NCBI GenBank assembly: GCA_043228905.1
Contig: JBHGNT010000016.1
Location: 7,688,001-7,752,000 of the forward strand
Length of the DNA stretch: 64,000 nt
Source: Azolla caroliniana
Taxonomy: Eukaryota > Plantae > Polypodiophyta
Direction of reading: 5' to 3'
A program made the position numbers and the translations under genes. Under the pieces are notes generated by a model. The model made no database searches. It was not told the origin of the DNA and saw nothing but the letters and a program-made list of their open reading frames with translations. Positions 13,167 through 26,690 of the stretch are shown piece by piece (position 1 is the first letter of the stretch; each line of letters starts with the position of its first letter).

Positions 13167-13511
13167 GTTTGCTGGCGGTCGCTGCGGCAAAGGGGTGGCA
13201 TTTACATCAGATGGATGTAAGGAATGCGTTCCTACAAGGTGAGCTTGAGGAACATGTGTACATGGTACAACCCCTCGGATTTCACTCCGGAATGAACACT
13301 TCGGCGGTGTGCCGATTGAAGAAGTCCCTTTAAGGACTAAAGCAAGCCCCGCGTGCCTGGAACGCGAAGATCACGCAACGATTGCGTCGGATGGGCTTTG
13401 TGACGTCAAAATCGAACTCCTCACTGTTCATCCGTAAAGGTCGACTTGGGCCGGTTAGTATTTTGCTTTATGTTGATGACTTGGTCATCACCGACGTCGA
13501 CCTAGGTGAGA
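13167..13511 (+). mobile_element. Inverted RT fragment from a different Copia family, embedded in the minus-strand Copia
   Basis: Encodes [35 protein letters not shown]...ILLYVDDLVI and aligns by eye with 35100-35430. Confidence 0.88.
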
Positions 13512-14762
13512 TAGACTAGACTCCTTGTGAGATTGGGTACATGCCGGACATGACGGAGGGTGATCATACTTCCATTCGGTAACTGAATGGGGATTTTGCC
13601 AGTTCCAGCAATTTTGCACTCTTGCCCATTGTCTAGTCGAACTGAGCTAGCAGGACTGAGCTGCCAGCTCCAGCAGAATAGTTCGAAGACCATTCATTGT
13701 GGGGGGTCACATGAAATGTGGCACTCGAGTCGAGCAGCCATGATTGTGCATCATGTGCATTGTACGAGATTTCTCCGGTCAATAACTCTTCCAATGAGAG
13801 GACTTCTTCTGACCGGGATTCGGCAACATTAATTTGGTTGTCGGATGGGGGCGATTTGATTCAGAAGAGCATGTATCCTGATCAAATTTAAGACCATTCC
13901 CCTTCCTATTTAACGACCAGCAGACGATAACGTTGTGGCATGTCTTCTTGCCGTGTGTGTAGTAGGTATTCAACTTCCTGTTCCATGACTTCAATCATTG
14001 TTGGTCATTTCTCCTCCTCGGCTTGCTCTGGCTTCAGCTGGTTCTCTGATTTGGCTCTCCTGAGAAGTGAACTTCGGCATTGTCGTCGATGGTGAGTTCG
14101 ATCAATTTTCTTCGAAAAGCTTCTGATAGGATCTATCGGATTGCTTCATCGAGCGTCATCTTTGTCGAGCTATTCGTGACAGTCGTGCAAAAGACTTCCA
14201 AGCTTGTTGGGAGGCTCAAGAGAAGTGCAAGGGCTTTGATTTCTTCTTCAAAGTTCAATCCTTGCAAGGAGAGTTCAGCCAGCACCCAGTTAAAGGTGTT
14301 GATATGGGAGGTTGTTGTATCACTTTCTTATTGAATAACTGTTGGATCACTATGATTCTAGACAAGCTCGACTTCTTTTCATATACTTCATGTAGCTTCT
14401 CCCACAAGGCGTATGTGGTCATCTCTTTAGCCATGCTGAAGTAGACATTTTCAGCCAAATGCATTCTGATGGTCGATCTCACAATTTCATCGAGTGATCA
14501 ACATTAAACTGCTAACATCTTTGTCAACTTGTTGTTATGTTGAATTGCCTCTATTTGGTGTTGGATGATCAGCTTGTCTTGCATCATCTCTTTCCACCGA
14601 GCAAAGTTCTTGCCATGGAATTTGTGGATTTCAACACTTGTGTTGGATGTCTATGCCATCATTCTTGTGGAAGTGATTGTCTGGCATGGTCCTTTCCTTC
14701 AATTGATTTCTCCTTCTTCTTGTGTCATTGCTATAGAACTCCAAGTCGCTCTGATACCAGTT

Positions 14763-15096
14763 TGTTGACACTATATGTGTCTATGTAGGCTATTGTTGTG
14801 TGAGGTTGGCTAACTGATACAGAAGTGTATGAGGATCTTATGTAGGGAGTTAGCAAGCAAGCACAAGATGGAGATGTGAAACTGTGTACCTGTTCAAGAA
14901 GATATGCACATAGAAGAGAGAGAGATAGTTACACAGAGATAGTTTAGAGCTCAAAATGACTGTTGCATTACTATTCCCGTCGAACTATTGTTACAATATA
15001 CACTTCTCTCTTATATAGTTAGGTTAACTAAGCCCTAACTCTGAGCATGTTCACACTAGGAATACAATTGGGTGGAGTAGGAATTGTAGTCCAACA
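14763..15096 (-). repeat. 5' LTR of the Copia element, with adjacent tRNA-iMet PBS
   Basis: TGTTG...CCAACA termini. GCTCTGATACCA at 14748-14759 is the reverse complement of PBS TGGTATCAGAGC. TATA-like TATATAAGAG on the minus strand near 15010. Confidence 0.85.
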
Positions 15097-18000
15097 AAGG
15101 TGCGTCTTCCAGTTGTTGTCAGCCTGTGCCACTATGCGGATCGGGTGCGAGGTGCCACTACTCTAGCTCTCCCAAAATAATATATACCCTCCAGATCTGC
15201 TCATGCCCTTCAATAGTTTAACCGTTTCGGCCTCATCAAAGAGACCGAACCATGTATCTCCTCTTGCATCCCCCACCTGAACCCTGTCAACCACCTCTAC
15301 TATCATTCTCCCCATTTTCTAAGCCCCCTTGAGGGGATGGACTAAGTCCTCCCTCACCCCTCCTGGAGCCACCGTGCATATTTAATCACCTATAGAATGG
15401 AACCCTATCTACACCAGCTTTCCCCATGCCAGGCCCTTGAGTTGCCCTATCATCATGTCGTCGCTTGTTCACACATGTGGATTCCAAAATAATGGTTGTC
15501 TAGTCCATTCAATTAGTGTCTCCGGGTTGTGCTTGACCAAATGTTGTCGCATGTGAACCCATGCCCGCAAGATGGAGTTCGTTACCCCTATCCTTCGGAT
15601 GACATGCCATCTTGGGTGGGCTCCTTTCGTGCAACGCCAGTTCAAGGATTCATGCCAAGCCTTGCCATACTTGGGAGTCCCTACTTGCAATCTATTACAA
15701 AGGAGTACCTTCCAACACTCCTTACCTAGTAGGAGGCACCGAACCACCATTTTTGCTAGCAATGCTCAACTTTGCATTAAGGGGTCTATGAGGCCAAGTC
15801 CCCCTTTGGCATGTGGTTGCGTTACCCAGTGTCACGACACTCTCGCAGCTGCTATTGGTTTGTCTCTACCTGACCATACCCTGATGGTGGCCTTAATCAC
15901 GTGCATACCTGCAGGGTTCATAAACCAAAATGAGACTGAATGCCAATGGTGGCAAGCATCACTTAGTTCACAACAAGTACCTTGTCAGCAAATGATAGTT
16001 TAGATCTACTCCACTGGTTCATCTTCTTGTTTATTTTGGATTGCACATGGGAAAGTTGTGCCCCCTTGGGGATCCCCCTTCCCATCATAAACCCTAGGTA
16101 CTTGAAGGTCATCCCGTCTGGAATCCAGTTAAAATCGACGTGGGGTTGCCACCTTGGTTTCTCCTACATGTTGATCCAAAGGCCCTGGGTTTTATCCCAA
16201 TTGACCTTGGCTCCAAATGCTTGGCAAAAGTCCTCGACAAGTTGTTCTACTTACTGCAAATTCTCTGCGTCGTCTGTAAGAAGAGGACCGTATCTTCGGC
16301 AAGTTCCGACAATAGAAGATCTTCAGACTCATTGGGAATGTGCAGTCCCCTCAATCCACTGCTCACTTTTTGTAAAAAGGCAAAGAAAACCTCGGTTACA
16401 AATAGATAAAGATATGAGGCCATGGGACAAATCTGGCTCATTGAACATTGTAGTCGGAAGGAGGGGCCCCTAACGCCAACTATCAACATGCTACCAGTCC
16501 TATAAAGGGCAGAATTGCAATTCCTCCATTTTTGGGTAGCCCCAATGCTCGCATCACATTCTCCAAGAAGGGCTAGAGTACTCTATAGTAGGCCTTCTCA
16601 AAGTCTACCAATAGAATAACAAAGCTCGGCACAGAATGATATGCCAATACCATAGCTTCCCATAACAACAACACGTTATCAAAGATGCACTTGCTTTTGA
16701 TAAACCCTGTTTGACTCTCATGAATAATGTTTGGTAAAAATCTTGCAACCATTGAGGTAGGATTTTTGCAAGTATCTTGTATGTCATGTTAAGGATTGTG
16801 ATTAGGCGCCATTGGTGCAGCTCTAGGTTCCGCTCTATCGCTTTGGGGATGAGATAGGTCATCCTCTCAACTAGACCAATAGGCATCTTTCCCGAGGTCC
16901 GGATCTTCTGAACCTTGGCCTCAAGAGACGGGATAATGGTTTCCCAATGAATCTTGAAAAAATCCCTTGAAAGACCATCGGGCCCGGAGCATGCCCCTCT
17001 CCGTAGTTCCCTTAGCACCTCCCAGAGTTCTGTTCAAGAAATGGGACTATTGAGCACTTGTTCCACCTCTTGGGTTACCTTGGGGTGAATGCAAACCAAC
17101 ACCTTGTCAGCCAGCTCCATGTTCTACATCAAATGCATTGGTGCGAGTAGGTGTCGATAGTATGAGGCATGGAATGTTGTAATATTTGTTCAATATCTAC
17201 CTCAAGGATTTTATTGAACTAGTGGCAATACTTTTGAATACACAAAAGAGCAAATGGTTTGCATAGCATAAACAATGAAAACCGATGGCATGGGCCTTTG
17301 GAAGACAATCTTGTCAACAATGTTTAGTTGAATTCTTATATGGCTTTACATGCAATGTGACTATTTTCCTGAAGATTTTTGTTTAAATAGAATAAATAAC
17401 TTAGTTGTAGGTTTGAATGTACCAATGTTGTAAATTTCCCCAAAGTGTGAATAATCATGTATAGCTCATACCTAGAAATTATGGTTGTTGAAACTTGATA
17501 TGTTACCTATGAGGTAAAATAATATAAAGGTGCTTTGAAAAGCCATGTCTTGAACATTGCTTTTCATAGTTTTCTTTTCCAAAAAATGTTCTTCATAGTT
17601 TTAACCACAATATAAATGTGGTAGTGCACATTGGAAACATCAAGCACATATATAAACATTTTGGTAAACATAGACAAAAGTGGTCTTTAATGTAAACTAA
17701 GAAAAATAAAAAGGTATATCATGATAAAAAATTGTCTTTATGAAGTTGTAAAAGTATGCCACCTATGCATGCTTTAAACATGTTGTCTTCTATCCGTTAT
17801 TACCAAATTTGATCATGAATCTAAAAATGAAAGCATGATCTTTCCCACGACATGTATCAAGGTTCTTAATGGAAAAGGTAATGTGTTGCATAGCATATAT
17901 AAAAGTACATTAATTCTAGTGATAAAACTATATGCAATTGTTTGTTGCAACACATCCAAAGATGTTTGATAATTGTGGATTGTAAGATGGGATAACCAAT

Positions 18001-20006
18001 GTTCTCCTTTCTCAATCGATTTGTACATTTTAAGGCAATTGAATCTTTCCAAAAAATAGGTAAATCAAACAAGACATTATGTGTGGAAGAAAAATGTCAA
18101 ATATACATCATCCGAAACATCCCATAATTTTGTTTTATATATTCACTAGGTTACATGTTAGAATACTCATATTCACAACGTCAAGTTTATGTTTTTCAAT
18201 AATGAGGTTGTTGTTGAACTCTTGAGCAAGTTGGTTTAATGTCAGCACACTTTACAAAAAATTACTCTTCGTTATAGTAATTTGACGTCATGTACATGAA
18301 TAATTTGCTTCTCAAAAGGTGACATTCACATGGTTTTAACCAACACAAATATCTAAAAAAGCCGACAACAATCCTTACGAAGTGCTCATACAAAAATGAT
18401 CATTGCCTATGCAATCCATAATACCTATTCGCAAAAGTTGCCAAGGATAGGCATCAAATAACTTAGGCCACTTGTACATGGGCATGGTACATTCATGTTA
18501 AAGAATAGGGAGGGAGGTTATTGTCAAATGTTATAATGTGCAGTCTTCGATTTTCGATTTTGAAACGATAGATATATGATTGTCATTTTGGTAACATTAT
18601 AAGGTTGGTGACGAACAATATGGAGGGTTTGCAACAGTTTTTTTTCATGAATTGGAGGGTCTTTATTTCCTTTGAATTCATCAAAAACATTGGTCACTTA
18701 AATAGCCGAAAACTAAATTGAAAATAAGACAATTATAATTTCTTTAGTTTTTTGTCATGTTTTGAAACAGTATACAAAAATGCAATTTAATAACATTGTT
18801 CTATATCATAACTACGATCAAAGCACACCAATTACTAACATCATAAATATTTCACAAAAACATCAATTACATTACTGAATAGCATAAACCCCATATCATT
18901 TCAACAACCTTGACCAACAAAAGTTTCTCAATATTCAACAAGGTTTGATTCCTTTTATTAAACCCACACCAATGCCTTCCATAGTACCATGGTTTCTTTC
19001 GACAACTTCATCCTTAATGTTCAAGTTTTGAATGTCAACATTCAAACAAGATCGTTTCATTTTTTGTAGCAGCTCCTAGAGCCTTCCACTAGTTCCATGG
19101 TTTCTCTCTATCAACTTCATCACAAGGTTCTTTTTCCCTAATTAAATTAGGAATTCAATTTTCTAACTAGTTTTAACTTTTCTAACTTGGTTTTCATAAT
19201 CCATCTTCCAGATATGATACTTGATTAGATTCTTATGTTTGGTCAACAAGATTTACCTATTTAACTTGAAAGAAAATACCACATTCCAAATTTGTTCACA
19301 TCGACCTATTTGATTTACTACCCCACTATAAGAATCTGATTGTGTCTCAAATGTCAGAGTCACTAGATCCACAAATTATATGTAGTTACAACCTCACAAC
19401 ATCACTCGCTATCAAATACTCAAATATATGCCCCATGGATCTTTCCAAGACCAAGTTTAAAGTTATAGTTCACTAGATGCAATCGTAACTTCTTTGCCCC
19501 TTTAATGTGAGTATCATTGCATTGATATTTGGTGAATCAAGACACCCAATACGATAATCATCCCACTAATATTTCCATTACAATACACCATGGACCCAAG
19601 CAAATAATGATATTAATTCCCATGAAATTCCATTAACATAAAAATATTACATCTATTTTACATCATTTAAGCTGCAACACATAATGACACCAAAATAATG
19701 GCATTGTAAACTTTATCATATTACTAAAGACAAATCCTCTGTAAAAAGGATAAAAATGAGGAAAAGTGTTTCCTCCCACCTTTCGGTAGTTTTAAGTATT
19801 ATTGTATCTTGATTTGATTCATAACATGGAACCTATGATGTAACCCATCATTGGAAAGAGCACCGAACTATGAGGTAATAGAACTTTACTATGAATCAAA
19901 AGCTATTGATCAAATAATAAGAATAATGAACAAATACCTTAAGAATGTGGTGTCAACGACAACCCTTCTTATACCACTATTTCATGAAACTTAGTGAGCA
20001 AAACTT

Positions 20007-23000
20007 CTACGGGATTTTCATAACTTGTATCGATTGCAACATATCCGATACCGCAATCACCAAATCTCCAGGCTTAACCATACCCCTTGCCTTCAACAGA
20101 ACAAATGTACGGCTCAAGTTACTTTCCATGTCTTCGCTAAAATCGAGTCGAAACGGAATAAGACCCCACTGCAAGTTCAAGCACCTTCTCACATGTGTGG
20201 AAGGTGTGAACGCAAATATTGGGCAATCGGGCCGACAACGCGACAGAAGGGACGCCATGTCACCCTTCCTTGTGTACACAAATATCGCATCCACAGCCAG
20301 ATTGTTTGCTATAATCAAAAGTCCCAAACACCATATGGTTAGTTTTATTTTTATTGCCTTCCAAATTAAGAGCCACATAACATCAAGATTATGAGAAAAA
20401 AAATACTAAAACAATAAAATGTTTTAATGTAAAATGGATGGAATTAGAATGTTTCCGAAAATGTACAAATGCATCGAATAGGCTAATGTTCTCATTCCAG
20501 AGGAAGCAATTTCCATACCCATTTGAGCAGCCGAATTGCAAATCTCTTCGGAGATTCGACCTGAGACCGAGTGAGAGAGTTCCAGAAGCTCCATTGTTTC
20601 ATGTTCCTTTGACTGGCGCCACCATTTCTCAATTCGCAAACTAACAGTGCGAAGCACACTTAAGGACTTCTCTGGGAAACGACCCATGGCAGATTCCCCA
20701 GATAACATAAGTGCATCCGCACGTTGCTTCACGGCTTCCGATACATCCGCCACCTTCGCATGAGAACCCAACTTCAGCACAAATCTCAAAATTATGGCAT
20801 ACCTAACGAAACTACAAAGTTGTTGATCTTTTGCTTTAACATATACATAAGTATATACCTAACTACCTCTTATAAATCTTTATGATAAATCAACAAAATA
20901 AGAAGAAGATTCAAGCAAAGTTCTAAAGTTTGTGGCCATATTTTGGGGAATTTTGTAAACTTAAGGAATGGCATTCAGGAATTATGCTAGGGGGAAGTCT
21001 AAACCTAATATCTATTCATATAATGATACATAACGGGTTAAAACTCGCCTCAGCCCGTGTCGGGGTAGGATACTCGATCATAGACTCAAGGAGTTGCGAT
21101 GCAACAATGACCGGTTTGTTTAACTGCCGACAAAGCCGTACCACTTGTTGCTGAACTGACGGAACCTGTTCTAACTGAATTTGTGCTCCGAGATCTCCTC
21201 TCGCAACCATAGCACCATCTGATACCAAGATAATCTCCCTTAAGTGCTTCAGAGAGTCACTGCTCTCTATCTTCGCAATCACCCGGATCGTGCTGCAAAC
21301 CAACACAAACATTACAATGTTATTAAAAGAGGCCCACTAATTATAGGGAGAATATTTCTTTAAATACATTCAAGTATTTCCTTTATTTATCCCAGACACC
21401 CCTAACTAATCTTTTGTTATTTCCCCAGATTCCCCTTATCCACCGAAGGGTATTCATAACATTACACCGAAAATTAATCAATTGCATACCTTTGCAATGA
21501 CCTTGCTTGAAGATAACTCTTGAGATGTTTGATCACTTCCGGGGACTTCACAAATGATACAGCAATAAAATCCACACCCTCTGATATTCCAAAGTCAATA
21601 TCAAGCCAATCCTAGAAAGAAAACAAAATAACCAGATGTAAAAATCATATACAGAATGCACAAAGACAAAACAAAGAATTCAGACCAAGGACTTGTAAAA
21701 AAACAATCAATTAAACAAGAAGCAAATGAGCAAAACGAATAGATAATAATAATTAATGAAATACCCAACACTGTATGAAAATGACCCGAGTTTCAATCCT
21801 AGGAAACAATGAAAGGAAGGAGATGCATTACATTACCTTAATGATAAGCATAAATACTCAAAAATACATTCCAAGAACCATATACAGTTATGTAGTTCGA
21901 AAACAAAATCCTTCTTTAACAGTGAAGATTTGATAAAAGATATGAATATAACGTGAACCTTTGAAGATATTGTAGGTAGCATGGCATTACGTTCCCTAAC
22001 AACTCGACCTCCTCTCCAGAATGTCAGGTTTGCTCGTGGTAACAAGAGGCCTGGATCGGTGCATCTACACTTCACATCGGGGCCAATTTTCTCCGTTACC
22101 TCAAATCTCACCATACCACCGTCAACCATCAAATTATCCCCCACACGTACATCTATTTGTTTTTTGTGCATAAAACATTTAAATACTAGTGAGAAATCAG
22201 AGAGAAAACAAATGGGTATATCTTGTACATTTTTAAAGCTCTACCTCACCCACCTTCAGTGAAGCCATCATAATTGACTTGAATAGTTCGATCTGGGAGA
22301 GTACCCTCAAAGGCACGTACTGTAAATGTCCAAATTTCCCCATCCTAGCAATAAACATATTTCCAAAAGCAAACATAGATCAGCTAAATTATAACTTTTT
22401 CTCATATGCTGGGCTTGGCCAACTACAATACATAGATGCAAATAGAATATGTAAATACAAACATATATCTGTATATGTTACACCAAAGATATTCTCTATG
22501 GTAACTATACACAATATAATTTATCACTTTCCATTTTCTCAAATGATATGTAACTTCTTTCATCTTGTGTTAATGAGGCAACTACAAAGTGGGACAAGAA
22601 GTAGCACATATATGATGCTTTTGATGGCAATTGTGTATATGCATGAATATGCACACAAGAGTCCAACAAAAATTTCACCATTGAATCTAGTCTACAGCCT
22701 GGCAACATCCTTCAAACACTCAACTATGTTAGCTTTACAACTTCAATGAGCTTACATGAATGCATGTATGTATAGATATATCTGTATTTGTGCATGTGCA
22801 CATACACTGATTATATATTCATATTATATAGAAGCCAGAACAATGTTACGGGAAAATATAAATATTACCCCTTGTTAATTGGAGGTAATGTTGTTCCTAA
22901 CCTTTATATTTTCATACAACTACTTTGTGTTATTGGGTGAAAAAGAGTCCATATACCCCACATTTCTTATAGTCATATTGTAATGTTTCATAAAAGAAAT

Positions 23001-23777
23001 CCATAGCAGAATCAATAATTCACAAGGAGGATGCATCAATGGAAATGCCAATCAGCATTGCATTTGATTAGTGCCAACTACACTAATTAGTGATGTGGTT
23101 AGTGCTAAAGACAAGAAATAAGTCATTATATGGTATAACATGTTAATAACTACCTCAGCTTTCGCAGAGGAGGCACCTCCGAGGTCACCCATGTGTATTT
23201 CACTGCCTTCAGTGTCCATCATGATTGCGACCGCATAACCTTTCTCTTCATTCAGCTTCCGTACATTCCTGATCACATTCATATGCCATTCTCTGCTGCC
23301 ATGGCACATATTGATTCTAGCAACATTCATCCCGCCATTGGCCAATGCTTCTAACTCGTGGAACTTGCAACATGCAGGACCAATTGTACATACGAGCTTT
23401 GTTCTTCGCGTGCTTCGGAACCCATTCTCCCTCAGCTCTGCCTCCGAAACAGAGTCTATGTCAATACCTTCAACACCAACATCACCGCTGTCCTTTTGAT
23501 TCTTCGCTTCTGTCCCCTTCTTCGCCTCCTCCTCCTCCTTATTCTTCTTCTTCTTCTTGTTCGTCTCAATAAGAGGCGATGCTTTGTTTAAGATAATGGT
23601 AGAGTTGGGTTGTGCTGGTGGTGGGCAAATCGGTTCATGGTCTGCAGACACAGCGTAGATGGTGTGATATGCTGGTTTGCTTGTGATGAATCTGAAGCGC
23701 TGGATGGGTCTGAGAGGAGGATCGATCCGAGAAGAGGGTAATGGCGCAGCAACCAAAGAACGCAGAGATGCGTTCAT
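20007..23777 (-). CDS. PKP1: Plastid pyruvate kinase alpha subunit; exons 23154-23777, 22254-22344, 21959-22152, 21490-21611, 21049-21292, 20519-20753, 20007-20308
   Basis: Motifs [73 protein letters not shown] and [10 protein letters not shown], plus a transit-peptide-like N-terminus. Exon phases are consistent across all six introns, one of which has a GC donor. Confidence 0.95.
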
Positions 23778-25664
23778 TTCCTGGATCCCTCTGTTCCTCT
23801 TCTTCTTCTTCTTTCTTCTCTCTTCTTCTTCAGTATCTCTGCCTCTGTTTGTGACCCTAGTAGTTCTAATTGTAGCTGTAGTTCTAATTGTGGCTCTACC
23901 TCTACCTCTACCTCTACCTCTACCTCTAGTTCTATCTCTACCTCTAGTTCTACCTTTACATCTTACCTCTAGTTCTAGTTCTATCTCTATTTGTGGTAAT
24001 AGACTCTAGTAGTGGACCCTGCTAAAAAGGCCTTATTAGGCATACCATATGCCCACCGCAACAGCTTGAACACGATCCTCGGCCATGACTTGTCCGCACC
24101 TCACTTTCTCTCTCTATTTTCTCTTGGTGCTTGTTAAAACAACACTCCTCTTTCTTGGCTTGCCAATGCCTCCGAGGTGATCTCGAAACCTTCGAAGGGT
24201 GGAAGGAATCTTCTTATATTGACCACGCGTCGCTTTGAGGTCGAGGCCAATGTTGTGATGTGGCATGTACGAAGGGAGAAAAGCACCGGTAGGTCAAGGT
24301 TATATAATAGGTTCAGGGTTAGACGCTAAGCATCCGAACACTAGGGTCAAGGGTTTAATGTCCACATAAGTTTCAGACTTTTAGGGTTTTAGGGTTTAGG
24401 ATGCTGCAAATCACGAGAGTGTGTGAGAAGTCAATGAGGATGTTGTCATCGATCATAGACTTGCCATGCCGAATCAAGGCTATCCCCCCCCAAACCTGAA
24501 AACTCTTTTTTATCATAATCTATTCTCATCCTATATTAAAGGGTTCAAATATTGCAAACCTCATGTAATTTTGATTCAATTCCTAGAAAAACGGTTGTAA
24601 ACCCAAGGGATTTATAACGACCATAGTGAGTCTATCTAATCAATCTCTTTTGAATTTATTTATTTCATGAAAAATTGTAGAATTTGTGCTTGGTGTGATT
24701 CAAAGTAACAATGGGCCACATCAATATGCTCATGAGTGGAAATATTTCAATTATTTGGGAGAAGGCAAAATCAAGTTCGTGTATCCAAAAACTCAGCACT
24801 CTACCATTAATCCACTTGCTTGACAAATCTAATGGAAATTGGTGTGAAAAACTTAACATGGGAAGGTTTTTTCTTAACTTTAAGGTTGGGATTCAACTTT
24901 GGCCCTAGGCTGAATCCTTAATGGGTCCTAGGTTGAACCCCCCCCCCCCCCTCCCCAATTGACCATAGGTTGATCCTAAGTTGATTCCCTAAATAGGACC
25001 TAGGGGCTTTCGTAAATCAATCTCATGTCAATTTGGCAAATGCACATACCCACATTTACAAATTCGAATTTGCTCGCAATCATACACAAACCTACTGAAT
25101 CACAAACACACATGTATATGTAGAATTTACACGTACAAACTCATACATATCCATATATGGATATAAATTTATCCATTGCAGTTGTGTATTATATTCACAT
25201 AAAACTTGAATATGTCACAAATATTTGTATTATGTATAGGGGTGCTTAAATATTCAAATTCGAAAATTATTCTCAAATCACATGGCACATACAGGGGCAC
25301 ACATGTTTCACCCACACATGCAACACATTATTTCACAAATAAAATGCACTTTTGTAAGTGCACTTACATGAAATACCAAGAGCACGACCACATGTCAACA
25401 TATGTCATAGACTTCCACAAATCTTGATCAACAACACCACCAAATCCATCTTCCTCGTCGAGACACTAATGATCCCATTTGCATCTTTCACACCTTTTTC
25501 AAATTCTCACTACTAAAAGGCTCTCCATTCATTGGTTGTCCAAATCATGATAGTGCATGCACCTATCATTCCTTCTATCCACCAAGGTTATGTGTACATA
25601 ACAAAGTGAGAAAGAAATCTTGTACTTGCCATTCTATCTATTATTGTGAATAGTGAACATTCAT

Positions 25665-25860
25665 CTTCGACATTGTTGATTGAATCTTGTGTATTGTTTC
25701 TTTGTCTATCTTGGTGCTATGTCACTCTATCGAGATCCTATTAGGTGTTGATGCCACCATCTTCGACATTCCCAATTGAATCTTGTGTATTGTTTTGTTG
25801 TTTATCTTGGTGTTATCTTCTCTCTTGCAATTGTGGTGTATGATCTTATTAGGTGTTGAG
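25665..25860. repeat. Imperfect tandem duplication (~95 bp unit)
   Basis: CATCTTCGACATT...GAATCTTGTGTATTGTTT...TATCTTGGTG...ATTAGGTGTTGA occurs twice. Confidence 0.75.
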
Positions 25861-26479
25861 GAGTTTGTGATAAAATTCTAGGGTTCTAAATGCAAAAATG
25901 CAACAAAAACAATAATGTTAATTGACTTTCAGATATAAGGAACACACACCCAGATGGGCATGGGTTTTATACCCAAATGGGTGCATGGAACAACAACAAA
26001 CACAAGTGATGTGAAAGCTCATGTTCCCTCGACAATACATATATTATCATCGCATTGCTCGCACAAAAGATAACGTGAAAGAGGACTCACCAAGATTTTG
26101 GACGAAAAAGATGGAAAGAGTAAAGATGTAGCAAAGAAAGGTTAACGTGAGATAAAGAAATAAGCTCAAATTTTAGATTTCACAGAATGTAAGAAATCTA
26201 TAATATTTCTATAAAACCATTTATAGAGTGATTGTGAGTGTCATGTCTGTTAAGAAAGTGATACAACTATTCTTTGTGCAACATCAAACACGTGATGGGC
26301 AGGATTGTTTAGGGTTCAAGAGAGACGGAAGGGGGGAAGGAAGACTCACCTATGTAGCAGCCCAAAAACCCTTCTTTTCATTACAAGAATACAATTCCTA
26401 TGTGTTGTGTTGAGAGCACAAAAGGAATGGTTGGACTTGGACCAATTTGTCTACATGGACAAATGTGGCTAAGGAACCA

Positions 26480-26690
26480 GTGACCGGATGGAGCCGGCAA
26501 CTGGAAACCGGATGGAGCCAATGACCGGATGGAACCGGCAACAAAGTCGGGAACCGGAAACCGGATGGAGCCGTCGACCTTCGACCGGATAGAACCGACA
26601 ACAAAGCTGGGAACCGAAAACCGGATGGAGTTGGGAGCCGGAAACTAGCAACCGGACGGAGCCGGCGACGAAGTTGGGAACCAGAACTTT
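26480..26690. repeat. GC-rich minisatellite of ACCGGATGGA(G/A)CCG units
   Basis: About 7 degenerate ACCGGATGGAGCCG motifs, immediately 5' of the LINE endonuclease fragment. Confidence 0.8.

Larger units (their letters stand above)
11801..15096 (-). mobile_element. Defective Ty1/Copia LTR retrotransposon (Tnt1/Tork-like); one LTR only, integrase missing
   Basis: Gag fragments at 14100-14700 (RSTIRMHLAENVYF), protease region 13512-13750 (VRHVPNLTRSL), RT LEQLDVKTTFLHGDLEEDIYM, RNase H TDSDYA...STSGYVF...LSTTEAEY. PBS and 5' LTR at the right end. No matching LTR is visible at the left end. Confidence 0.88.
10946..17162 (-). mobile_element. 5'-truncated, degenerate L1-clade LINE interrupted by a Copia element
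   Basis: RT motifs GPDGLSRDFF...LIPK...WRLITILNMTYKILAKIL (16605-17018), further RT fragments at 15469-16489, zf-RVT ETLRHCLWDC near 11700 and a PRWNYQPP C-terminus like that at 2915. 16-bp TSD with one mismatch: TGAGGCATGCAATGTT (10930-10945) / TGAGGCATGGAATGTT (17163-17178). Confidence 0.88.

Noticed and set aside
23778-24005. Stop-free Arg/Gly-rich in-frame extension upstream of the PKP1 ATG, and the antisense 110-aa ORF
   Set aside because: No upstream ATG. It is explained by (AGAGGT)n and (AAG)n simple repeats.
24378-24400. TTTAGGG telomere-like motifs
   Set aside because: Only about three imperfect units. At most a telo-box-like motif, not a telomeric array.
26480-26690. CRISPR-like or iteron-like array
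   Set aside because: Degenerate repeats without unique equal-length spacers, in a eukaryotic context with no cas genes.
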